Made by a program: the position numbers and the translations under genes | The notes under the pieces: generated by a model | Told to the model about the DNA's origin: nothing | Databases searched by the model: none | The model's input: only the letters and a program-made list of their open reading frames with translations | NCBI GenBank assembly: GCA_027492205.1 | Contig: JAOZFN010000006.1 | Span: forward strand, 39,369-103,368 | Direction: 5' to 3' | DNA: 64,000 bases | Source of the DNA: Thermoproteota archaeon | GTDB lineage: Archaea > Korarchaeota > Korarchaeia > Korarchaeales > Korarchaeaceae | Part shown: piece after piece, positions 25,242-34,062 of the stretch | How the letters are laid out: the number at the start of each line of letters is the position of its first letter | Position numbering within the stretch: position 1 is the stretch's first letter

Positions 25242-27917
25242 ATGAACTGGAGAAAGGCAGCCTTCGCTGCCCTGCTGGCCGTTCTAGTGGGAGTCTCTGT
25301 GCTCCCGCTGACGGCTTCGCCTCTGATAAGGGAGTTCCCGAAGCCATTCGTGCAGGATGGCACCATAGACTACGATGGAGACGGAGTGCCTGACATAGCC
25401 ATTATAATCGGAGGGCAGAAGCCGGGTCTCGCAGCCGCAGCCGAAGACGTCAGGGGAGCGACCCTGATAGGAACTAAGATAGGTTCCCACCTCTACTACA
25501 CGAAGGCGCCGAACACCAAGGGTACTGACTACTGGATCGAGGAACTCACCGCCGACGTGTGGCACTACACCTACAAGAGGTGGAGCTGGGGCGGCTCCAA
25601 CGCAGACGAGGGGCTGTGGTTCCGCTTTGGCGACGGAGTCACCTACCCACCGTTCAGCAACACCTACCCCAACCAGTTTGCTTATCCGCTTGATACCGAC
25701 ACGTTCGCACCCGACTACCTGCTGGTGGCCACCGAGTACGTGAACGAGACCATTGAGGAGGTTCCTATCTGTCCTGGCTGCCCCAACTTTGGAGTCAACA
25801 AGTGCGAGGCCCCCGTGCTCGTGTACAGCGTTGGATACGCCCTCACCGGTGATGACAAGAAGACTCTCGGCGACAACGTCCTCTTCGCTGACCTCATGGA
25901 GAATGGCGGAGCTACGTGGATAATCACCGGTTACGACCCTGCCGACTATCCTGGCTATGCTGGCCCGCTTGGCGGCGCTGTCTATGTCTACTACAACGAT
26001 GGGTTCAACTCTACTGCGGGTTCGGGGAGCACTATAGGGGCTGAGGACATCTTCAGCGGCAAGACACAGAACTACACGCTTAACAAACCGGGCTTCGCCA
26101 TGCTGTTCAGCACAACTCCCGTGGGCACCGCCATCCTCGAGGAGGGCAAGGAGTACTACGTCCCCTTCCTGGGGTACTGGATAGAGGTGGACGATATAAC
26201 CCCGGAGAACGCTTCATTCATAGTCAGGGAATCTGAGGGCGGGCCAATCAAAACCATGCTCAATCTTGAGTACAGCACAGACTCGGAAGGCAATGTGAAC
26301 AAGCTATTCATATATCTAAATGACCTCGCGGAGAACAGGCTCGAGGGAGCAGGCTACAACATGGTATTCTTCCTCTACATATACAGGATCGACACCGACG
26401 ACGACTACATGGAGGTCATGCTTAGCAGCCCGTGGATCGACAAGCACATCTTCGAGAGGATCGACCTCGACGACGACGGCGTGGTCGACATCACAGACCT
26501 CGAGTACTCATGGCCAGCCGACGCGCCGGTAAGCGCCTTTGACTGGTGGATTGAGGAAGGTTACTTCGTTGGCTACGTCATCATAAACGGCTCCGACATG
26601 GGTCCGTTCTCAGTGAAGATGGATCCGTGGGACAAGCTGCCTTACGATCACATCTATGGCATCGTGAGCTACACCTACCCAGGCGACGACAGCATCTACT
26701 GGTATGTGATACCCGAGAACGGCACTTGGCACCTAGGCGAGAAGAAGACCTACGGCAGCAATGAGTTCATCTTCGATAACAAGGAGGTCTTCGAGGCCTA
26801 TGACGATGGAACCGCCGATTGCGGATCCCCCGACTGCTTGGCGAGGTCCGACTTCGGCGTCTTCCTCTACGATGAGGGCAACGTTGACATAGAGACCGAG
26901 GTCTGCAAGTGGACTGACGCCCTGACCTACCTCATGGTGAACGAGGCCTACGAGATCAATCAGACCCTTGACGACTTCACATACGGCGTCGATTCAGCGG
27001 TGGCCCTCTACGAGCTCCACGAGATATTCCCCATCAACGTGACTGGCGTCTTCGCGGGTGTCTACGATAGGTTCGAGAACATCACCGGCAACTGGACTGG
27101 CACCACCCTCCTCGACGAGTACTATAGAGATATAACGCCCGCCAGCGAGAAGAACCAGATCTTCGAGCTCGAGGATGTCTTCAGCTTCGTTAAGGCGCCT
27201 CTCGTCTGGCTCGACTATCAGTTCCTTGACGAGAACTACCAGTTGGCCGACAAGGCTGAGGAGGCAGGCCTCCCGAACAAGAACCTGATACTTGTAGGTG
27301 GTCCGGTGGTTAACAGAGTCGTTGACTATTTGAACGACAGCGGCTTGCTGTGGATAGTCTACGTCGGTGATAGACTCTACGACACTAGATTCACACTTGT
27401 GACGAGTAAAAATCAGATAAAGAATGGCTCGTTTGGAGACATAGTTGTAGGGGGACAGATCCAGGAGGATGGTTACTTAGACCTTTCCAAGGTAAGTATA
27501 ATGGTAGGTGCACCCACCGCGTCCTTCATTGGCGGCTTAGGAGTCATCCAGTATGCCAAGGATGATCCATGGGGTGAGGAGATGGGATACAAGGAGAATT
27601 ACATTCTCGTCGTAGCTGGTAACAATAGGTATGGTACCTACGCGGCGGCCGTGACTCTAGCCGACCCAACTAAGATAGTCAGGGTGCCGACAGATATCCC
27701 CATGACTTACTACCTCGCAGGGAATGACACTGAGTACAAGGTAGAGCCTAACCAGATCGTAGCTCCAGAGCATCCCCCCGCCGTAATAGTAGTTGCTCTG
27801 CTGCCTGGATACAAGATGGCGATGGGGTACTCTCCGCCTACAAGATACAACATCGTTGAAATCACTTGGCCGACGCCGGTCACTTTCGAGCCTGTTTTCA
27901 CTCCGGCCGGAGGGTGA
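25242..27917 (+). CDS. S-layer protein (S_layer_N / S_layer_C type)
   Basis: Signal peptide; N-terminal IIIG...AAAEDV.GA..I; C-terminal NLILVGGPVVN and ILVVAGNNRYGTYAA motifs typical of Methanococcus/Thermococcus-type S-layer proteins. Acidic, many sequons, strong SD GGAGGTGA. Confidence 0.85.
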   Translation: MNWRKAAFAALLAVLVGVSVLPLTASPLIREFPKPFVQDGTIDYDGDGVPDIAIIIGGQKPGLAAAAEDVRGATLIGTKIGSHLYYTKAPNTKGTDYWIEELTADVWHYTYKRWSWGGSNADEGLWFRFGDGVTYPPFSNTYPNQFAYPLDTDTFAPDYLLVATEYVNETIEEVPICPGCPNFGVNKCEAPVLVYSVGYALTGDDKKTLGDNVLFADLMENGGATWIITGYDPADYPGYAGPLGGAVYVYYNDGFNSTAGSGSTIGAEDIFSGKTQNYTLNKPGFAMLFSTTPVGTAILEEGKEYYVPFLGYWIEVDDITPENASFIVRESEGGPIKTMLNLEYSTDSEGNVNKLFIYLNDLAENRLEGAGYNMVFFLYIYRIDTDDDYMEVMLSSPWIDKHIFERIDLDDDGVVDITDLEYSWPADAPVSAFDWWIEEGYFVGYVIINGSDMGPFSVKMDPWDKLPYDHIYGIVSYTYPGDDSIYWYVIPENGTWHLGEKKTYGSNEFIFDNKEVFEAYDDGTADCGSPDCLARSDFGVFLYDEGNVDIETEVCKWTDALTYLMVNEAYEINQTLDDFTYGVDSAVALYELHEIFPINVTGVFAGVYDRFENITGNWTGTTLLDEYYRDITPASEKNQIFELEDVFSFVKAPLVWLDYQFLDENYQLADKAEEAGLPNKNLILVGGPVVNRVVDYLNDSGLLWIVYVGDRLYDTRFTLVTSKNQIKNGSFGDIVVGGQIQEDGYLDLSKVSIMVGAPTASFIGGLGVIQYAKDDPWGEEMGYKENYILVVAGNNRYGTYAAAVTLADPTKIVRVPTDIPMTYYLAGNDTEYKVEPNQIVAPEHPPAVIVVALLPGYKMAMGYSPPTRYNIVEITWPTPVTFEPVFTPAGG

Positions 27918-27924
27918 AAAACCC

Positions 27925-27943
27925 TTACCTCTACCCCTTTTTT
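27925..27943 (+). terminator. Pyrimidine/oligo-T terminator after the S-layer gene
   Basis: Pyrimidine tract ending in a run of T about 20 nt after the stop codon. Confidence 0.55.
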
Positions 27944-28076
27944 TAGAAAATTATGCATTACCGTTTTCAGGGCTGCGAATGTCTTATATTCCAGTAGCTC
28001 TTTATTCTTTGACCTAGCTTTTCCCTTACTCTACTTTTAACTGTTCTTTATATTAGATGGATAATTTATTCCTCTT

Positions 28077-28123
28077 TGTTGCCGCATTAATCAAAAAATT
28101 ACACAATTTATACTGCGGCAACA
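28077..28123. repeat. Perfect 10 bp inverted repeat around an AT-rich spacer
   Basis: TGTTGCCGCA (28077-28086) and TGCGGCAACA (28114-28123). Confidence 0.85.
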
Positions 28124-28195
28124 CGCTTTGACGTCGAAGGCTAGGGTCTACGTCAGTTTTTTAGTCGCGAACGAACTTCCCACCCCAGGTCAAAG

Positions 28196-30652
28196 ATGTG
28201 GGTTGCTTGCCGGCGGATGGCCGTCGGGCGGAAGTTAAGGTCACTCACCCTTGTCCTACTGCTTGTTGTAGGTTCCGTCCCCACCATTTACGCTCAGCAC
28301 GAAGCTTCGGACTCCGTGGAAGAGGCGCTTGAAAAATATCTCACATTTTTAACCGATAAAGTTCCTCTTTCATCCGATAATCCCGGATCTCCCATGGCTT
28401 TTTCGCCCAACGGAATAATTTATGTTGAATACTCCTTATACGGCTGGGAGCCTAACCTGATGGTCAATGCAATGGCTCTAGAGACCTTCAGTCTGTTACT
28501 CCTTTATGCAAAGCCCCTTGGCATGGAGGGCGAGAGTAAAAGGCTTACTAAAGCTGAGAACTTTGGATCGGCCATAGCGGATTTTCTTCTCGGGAGTTCT
28601 GGCAGCTTATGGTCGGGAAGCGAGGGCATAATCGTTGATATAGACGTATCTTCCCGCGTACTGAGAGCTATTTTATGGAGCGTTAGAGCTAGGGTAGTAT
28701 CAACTGACGATAATAGACTTATTTCGAGCATATCATCACTCATAGCCTATCAGAGGCAGGATGGTGGTTGGCCAATTAATCCGGTTAACCCATCTGCTCA
28801 GTCTTATACGGAATCCAACGCTCTAGTGACCGCTCGCACCCTTACTGTGCTGGTCGAGGCTCATTCCTTAGGCCTGGGTGAGAGGATACCTGACTTGTCT
28901 ACGTCTATTGAGAAAGCTATTTCCTACCTAGAGGGAGGCGCCATTAGGTCAGGCGCTGAGGTTTACTGGAATGAGGTGACCTATAGGGGATTCACCAGGG
29001 ATCGCCTGCAAGTCACGGCCGAAGTGTCCGACGCCTTGGCCAAAGCGGCCCTTCAGGGATTTGAGGTGGATCAATCCATCCTGGCTGGCTCGGCCAAGTA
29101 CCTCATGTCCTACATGTCTATGTACCAGCCTGACTGGGACCTCGCAGTCCCGATCCTCCACACTCTGCTGAGGATGAGCAGCCTAGGGGTGGTAGACACG
29201 GAGGAGGTGAAAGTGCATGCGAGGCAGTACGTGGACGTGATCCTCGAGAAGCAGGATGACGAGACCGGGCTATGGTCGCCCCCTGGGTCCTTGGGAGACA
29301 TATTGACTTCTCTAGCGTTTTCCAGCGAGATCGCCAGGTTCCTGCTGGACTGGTCTAAGGTGAGCACGATAGACCTCCGGGTTGCGGCCTCCGGGCTTGG
29401 CTACTTCCCAGAATACGACCCCCCGAGGCTTGTGGAAGGCGGGGAGCTCAGGATATCTCTGGGCGTTGAGAACGGTGCACCCAGGTCCAGGACTTTCATC
29501 GTCGAGGTCAGGCTGCCTCCGGATCTCGAGCTCGTGTCCAACACCTCTAACCCCTTCGTCGTCGGCGCATACGGAAACGGCTCGTTCTCCATCAAGGTCA
29601 GGGCAGCAGGCGCCGTCGAGGGAGTGACGAACACGAGAGTTACGTTCTTACTCGAAGATCAGGCGGGCTACGTGCTTTACACTAGGCACTTCACCTTCGC
29701 GCTGGCCCGAGACGGGATGATAGAGATTCTGTCCAAGACGGTAAACCCTGGGAACGTTTCCCTCGGGGGCGTAGTCACGGTCACGGTGACCATACGGAAT
29801 AGGGGCGACCTACCTATCCAGGGCTGCGTCATAAGAGAGATTCTGGGAGATGGGTTCGAACTCCTGCCTCAGGGGGCCAATTACAGCGAGGTAGCCCAGG
29901 CGGCCACGATCGGCTACCCCTACCTCGGGTTCATCGAACCCGACCAGACCCTCTCCTACACCTACGTTGTGAGGGCGGCGGACGCCCCGCCCGGCACAAT
30001 ACTCCTCTCCAGGACCTCAATCGAGTATTCTGACGCGCTTGGTAACCCGAGGAACGTGACCAGGGAATCCTACGTGACAGTGAGGAGACCGATGGTCTCA
30101 ATGGAGCTGAACGCCACTGAGCTGGCAATAGAGTGGGGGAAGACGAGGGCATTCACCGTCACGCTGACGAACGACGGAAACGCGGAGAGTAAAGAGGTTG
30201 TGGTAGTCGCCACGGGAAACCCCAAGGTCTCCATATCTGTGCTGACCGAGTCCTCCTCTAACGCAACGGTGACGGCCCCGTCCGAGAGGGAGAGGAGAAT
30301 AAAGCTGGGACCACTGGAGCCAGGGGGCTCGTTCACCTTCACGGTGATCGCCAGAGCTGGCTCATTCTATCTATCTCCCAAGCAGGGCGATATCATCTCC
30401 CTGAGCATGAGGTACTCGGACCCGGGCGGGCAGGTCTTCAAAGGGTTCTCGGACGGAGCCGTGGTCGAGGTCACGGTGCTGATGTCCGCTAAGTTCAAGG
30501 TCATCTTTGCAGCCGTCGCCCTGCTGGCGATCACGCTCTTGACGGTGAGGGTGATCAGCTGGAGGCGGGCCAGGGCGCGACATAGGAGGAGACGTTATCC
30601 GACAAGGAGGAGGCCAGCCAGGAGGTCTACCAGGAGGATTCGCAGGATATGA
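28196..30652 (+). CDS. Membrane-anchored surface protein: alpha/alpha-barrel (QW-repeat) domain plus Ig-like (DUF11/CARDB-like) domains
   Basis: Signal peptide; YQRQDGGW and KQDDETGLW repeats; KTV.P.NV..G.VVTVTVTI.N.G Ig-like motif; C-terminal TM and Arg-rich tail. Confidence 0.75.
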   Translation: MWVACRRMAVGRKLRSLTLVLLLVVGSVPTIYAQHEASDSVEEALEKYLTFLTDKVPLSSDNPGSPMAFSPNGIIYVEYSLYGWEPNLMVNAMALETFSLLLLYAKPLGMEGESKRLTKAENFGSAIADFLLGSSGSLWSGSEGIIVDIDVSSRVLRAILWSVRARVVSTDDNRLISSISSLIAYQRQDGGWPINPVNPSAQSYTESNALVTARTLTVLVEAHSLGLGERIPDLSTSIEKAISYLEGGAIRSGAEVYWNEVTYRGFTRDRLQVTAEVSDALAKAALQGFEVDQSILAGSAKYLMSYMSMYQPDWDLAVPILHTLLRMSSLGVVDTEEVKVHARQYVDVILEKQDDETGLWSPPGSLGDILTSLAFSSEIARFLLDWSKVSTIDLRVAASGLGYFPEYDPPRLVEGGELRISLGVENGAPRSRTFIVEVRLPPDLELVSNTSNPFVVGAYGNGSFSIKVRAAGAVEGVTNTRVTFLLEDQAGYVLYTRHFTFALARDGMIEILSKTVNPGNVSLGGVVTVTVTIRNRGDLPIQGCVIREILGDGFELLPQGANYSEVAQAATIGYPYLGFIEPDQTLSYTYVVRAADAPPGTILLSRTSIEYSDALGNPRNVTRESYVTVRRPMVSMELNATELAIEWGKTRAFTVTLTNDGNAESKEVVVVATGNPKVSISVLTESSSNATVTAPSERERRIKLGPLEPGGSFTFTVIARAGSFYLSPKQGDIISLSMRYSDPGGQVFKGFSDGAVVEVTVLMSAKFKVIFAAVALLAITLLTVRVISWRRARARHRRRRYPTRRRPARRSTRRIRRI

Positions 30653-30705
30653 GGAGGCGTCTCTTGCAATGGCCCACCGTCGACGTTCTGATTCGGGAGG
30701 TCGTC

Positions 30706-31347
30706 ATGATGTCGAAGAGTCGTTCCAGGTTTGATGCCCGCGTGGGGGCTCTTCTCGCGGCGGTGATACTAGGGGCCGTCGGGGCAACGTACGCCTATTT
30801 GGCCTTCGTCTCCTCGAGGACGAGCGTTCCGTTCTCGATGGTCCTCATATTCGATCCGCAAATAGCGGCCAATCACGTGGAGCTCTACTCTAAGATATCC
30901 TACTCCCTCTCTGTCGTAGCCAACGTCATGACCGCCGGGGCCTTCGGTAACACCTCGCACCTGATCGTACTCGAGCTGAACAGGATGGCCGAAGCCCCAC
31001 GAACCAACTCGTCGTTTCTCGTCGTCAGAGGCCCTGAGGGCTGGCACCTGGAATCTGGCATCTACGTCATTAGAGAGAATTCAACCGTCGTCGTGGCCGG
31101 GAGAAGCGAAGAGGACTTGGCCATGGCGTTTGACAGGCTCCTCCTTTGTCTAACCGGAAAGTACGCGATAGATGTTGACCCCATTGGCCAGTACCTCGTG
31201 GTTGAGGTTCCCGGGAAGGGTCACAAGGTTGGCATACCGTGGTTGAGCGGGCGCCGGATCAACGAGGTACTCGGGGTCCCCGTCTTCGGCGGGACCGAGC
31301 AAGACGCCGCGCGCACCCTCCTGGACGGCCTGGTGGTCAACGGCTGA
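30706..31347 (+). CDS. N-terminally anchored membrane protein with an S-layer-C-like motif (start after SD GGGAGGT preferred over 30649)
   Basis: TM LLAAVILGAVGATYAYLAFV; VVVAGRSEEDLAMAF resembles the VVAG...GT.AA segment of the S-layer protein. Confidence 0.65.
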   Translation: MMSKSRSRFDARVGALLAAVILGAVGATYAYLAFVSSRTSVPFSMVLIFDPQIAANHVELYSKISYSLSVVANVMTAGAFGNTSHLIVLELNRMAEAPRTNSSFLVVRGPEGWHLESGIYVIRENSTVVVAGRSEEDLAMAFDRLLLCLTGKYAIDVDPIGQYLVVEVPGKGHKVGIPWLSGRRINEVLGVPVFGGTEQDAARTLLDGLVVNG

Positions 31348-31425
31348 TGGCGGGCCCGGGGGGACTCGAACCCCCGACCTGCGGCTTAGAAGGCCGCCGC
31401 TCTATCCTTGCTGAGCTACGGGCCC
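31348..31425 (-). tRNA. tRNA-Arg(TCT), intronless, CCA encoded
   Basis: Reverse complement GGGCCCGTAGCTCAGCAAGGATAGAGCGGCGGCCTTCTAAGCCGCAGGTCGGGGGTTCGAGTCCCCCCGGGCCCGCCA folds as a cloverleaf. Confidence 0.97.
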
Positions 31426-31492
31426 TACGTCTCTGGCCGAAGTCTGGAAATTAATAGTTGACCAAGGCGCAGGGCCGGAGGGTGGCCTCCAT

Positions 31493-33631
31493 ATGGGAAA
31501 TCCTAGAGCTAGTGCGCTTGCGGCGCTAATCGTGTTGACGCTCTTCACGCCTGCACAGGCATTTAGTCCCGTTATGCCCGTCTGCGCGGCCACCAAGACG
31601 TACGACTGGTTGGACATAGAGCTAGCCAACAACAGCGAGATGATGGTTGGACCCTTCAGGATAGTTGCCCACGTCTCGGCTGGCGTCGTCAACATCTACA
31701 TGCTTGAGATCTGGAAGGAACAGGAAGTCTGTGGAATATTTCAAGCCTCAAACCAGCAGGAGGAGGTGAAGGGAGTTGTAAAGGCCTACTGCAGAGGGGG
31801 AGGTCCCGCGGTATTCGAGATCCACCTCTACGGTACGGAGTCCACGACGGCGGAAGGAGGAAAGGTGAAGTTTGATGTAAAGAACAGCGTCTACTCACCA
31901 GAGACGAGGCTCACACTTCACCCAGTCACCCCGACTCAGCTGGTCTTCAACCAGACCTCGACAGTCGTGGACTTGACGGTCACGGTGCTGAATGAGGGGA
32001 GCGGCACACCCAAGTGGGCCAGGCTGACGACCGCTCACGGGCGGGTCGAGGGATCGGAAAACGCCACGATTGAATTGGTGGCAACACTCCCACCCGTGGA
32101 GAACCCGACGAACTTCTCGATACCGCCGCCGAGGCCGGGGGAGGGCTCGAACTACACGTTCGAGTTCTCCGCCTCGGCAAACGGTAAGGCGTACGCGAAG
32201 CTGGTCGCGACCATCGGCGTGAGCTACCCGGCTGATTTCAAGAAGGACGAGGAGCATAGCACTTCCACGCACGAGGTGTGGGTGTACGACCCGGGGAGGG
32301 TTGAGAGCCGCTCGGCGCGCTTCTACATAGTGGTGGGGGACAAATACAGGGACGTGGGCGTCCCGGAGGTCAGGATCAACCTCAACCACTCATCCCTGAC
32401 AGTTAAACCAGGCGACCAGGTGTCGTTTGAGTTTACGCTCAAGAACGCAGGGACCGGAGACGCGTTCAACGTGTCCATATGGCTGAGCGTCCAGCCGCCT
32501 CTGCCTCAGATCCTGGTTGTGAGCCCAGAGGTTCCCGGCCTGACGGGTAAACCATTCACGGGCTCCATGACGACTCCAATGCTGGTCCCGAGACTGCCCA
32601 AGGACGCCGTTACTGAGAAGATCAAGTTCAAGGTGATATTCCCCGAGGACATCACGATAATGGGCTCGTACTTCAACGCGACGATCTTGGTGGAGTGGCA
32701 GGACAAGGTGGGCAAGAACTTTCAGGCCAAGGTGAGCAAGGTCATCATCGTCAGCGAGCCGGAGCTGCCGGCGATATCGATAAGCAAGCAAGCATCTCCG
32801 TCGGAGGTGAGCGTCAACGGGACGGTCAACGTGATCGTCAAGGTCATGAACGAGGGCGGGGCGCCCGCGACCGACGTGACCGTGACTGACACATTCCCCG
32901 AGGAGTACTTTGAACTGGTCCAGGGAAAGACATCGGCCTCGGTCAAGAACCTTGCCCCGGGGAAGAGCATGACCCTCTCATACAAGCTGAAGGCCAAGAA
33001 GGAGGGATCGGCCACGCTCCCTGCGGCCGAAGTGCAGTACAAGGAGAGGGACGTTCCCCAGCTCAAGTACTCCAACACCCTCATCGTAAGGATCGTGAAG
33101 CCCGCTGTTGGCTTGGAGCTGATAACGTCCCCCCCGAGCAGGCTGATAGTGGGCGACCTGGCCGAGATGGTCTTCAGCGTGTCGAACGACGGGAGCGGTC
33201 AGGCCAGGGACATAAAGCTGACCCTGGAGATCCCACCGGGGATAGACCTCCTCGAATCCGAAGGGCCGGTGACCACGCAGGAGAGGACCGAGGAGGGAGG
33301 TTGGAGGGTCACATTCAGGGCGGACAGCATAGACCCAGGCGCCTCAGTTGAGTTCAGCATGAGGATGAGGGTCCAGAGGATGGGGGCCTACAACATCTCC
33401 ATGATCAACGCGACGTTCAAGGGCGAGGCCGGAGAGCAGGAGTACAAGATTGGGGGAGCTGACGCGCTGGAAGTCTCATTCCTCGTGGAGGTCCCCAGGT
33501 CCCAGAAGATCATAGTCACTGCCGCTTTGATAGGCATGGTGGGCGCCGTGGCCGCGGCCTCATTCTTCGCGGCCAGGGGAATGCCCAGCCGCTACGCCTC
33601 TAGGAGACCCCGCCTCGGACTGCCGAGGTAG
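31493..33631 (+). CDS. Surface protein with tandem Ig-like (DUF11/CARDB/COG1361-like) domains and C-terminal TM
   Basis: Signal peptide; repeated xxNxGxGxAxxVxx motifs (LKNAGTGDAFNV, VMNEGGAPATDV, VSNDGSGQARDI); TM plus basic tail. Confidence 0.8.
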   Translation: MGNPRASALAALIVLTLFTPAQAFSPVMPVCAATKTYDWLDIELANNSEMMVGPFRIVAHVSAGVVNIYMLEIWKEQEVCGIFQASNQQEEVKGVVKAYCRGGGPAVFEIHLYGTESTTAEGGKVKFDVKNSVYSPETRLTLHPVTPTQLVFNQTSTVVDLTVTVLNEGSGTPKWARLTTAHGRVEGSENATIELVATLPPVENPTNFSIPPPRPGEGSNYTFEFSASANGKAYAKLVATIGVSYPADFKKDEEHSTSTHEVWVYDPGRVESRSARFYIVVGDKYRDVGVPEVRINLNHSSLTVKPGDQVSFEFTLKNAGTGDAFNVSIWLSVQPPLPQILVVSPEVPGLTGKPFTGSMTTPMLVPRLPKDAVTEKIKFKVIFPEDITIMGSYFNATILVEWQDKVGKNFQAKVSKVIIVSEPELPAISISKQASPSEVSVNGTVNVIVKVMNEGGAPATDVTVTDTFPEEYFELVQGKTSASVKNLAPGKSMTLSYKLKAKKEGSATLPAAEVQYKERDVPQLKYSNTLIVRIVKPAVGLELITSPPSRLIVGDLAEMVFSVSNDGSGQARDIKLTLEIPPGIDLLESEGPVTTQERTEEGGWRVTFRADSIDPGASVEFSMRMRVQRMGAYNISMINATFKGEAGEQEYKIGGADALEVSFLVEVPRSQKIIVTAALIGMVGAVAAASFFAARGMPSRYASRRPRLGLPR

Positions 33632-33689
33632 GGGGACAAACCTTTTTTATCGCGGCAGTGGGTGACGACGCCGAGCAGGTGGTTGATCT

Positions 33690-34010
33690 ATGGGGCTCGA
33701 GTACGTGTACGCCGCCCTGTTGCTCCACGAACTGGGCAAGGAGATAGACGAGAACTCGGTCAGCTCCGTCCTCAAGGCCGCCGGGGTTGAGCCCGATCCC
33801 GCCAGGGTTAAGCAGCTCGTTGAGGCTTTGGAGGGAGTGGACATCGAGGAGGTGATCAAGTCCGCGGCGGTGCCCCCCGTGGCCGCCGCGCCGACGCCCG
33901 CCGCGGAGGCGACAGCGGAGGAGAAGCCAACAGAGGAGAAGAAGGAGGAAGAGAAGAAGGAGGAGGAAGAGGAGGCGGCCATAGCCGGGCTCGGCGCGCT
34001 GTTCGGCTGA
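33690..34010 (+). CDS. rpl12: 50S ribosomal stalk protein L12 (aP1)
   Basis: [10 protein letters not shown], Ala/Glu-rich hinge, GLGALFG terminus. Confidence 0.97.
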   Translation: MGLEYVYAALLLHELGKEIDENSVSSVLKAAGVEPDPARVKQLVEALEGVDIEEVIKSAAVPPVAAAPTPAAEATAEEKPTEEKKEEEKKEEEEEAAIAGLGALFG

Positions 34011-34062
34011 GCCCCCTAACTACCTTATTTTATTCGATCGGTCAGCGCCCTTCCCGATTAAC

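Noticed and set aside
24824-31425. Two similar co-oriented tRNAs as attL/attR of an integrated element
   Set aside because: Both are complete, different tRNAs with generic similarity, and there is no integrase or partial duplicate.
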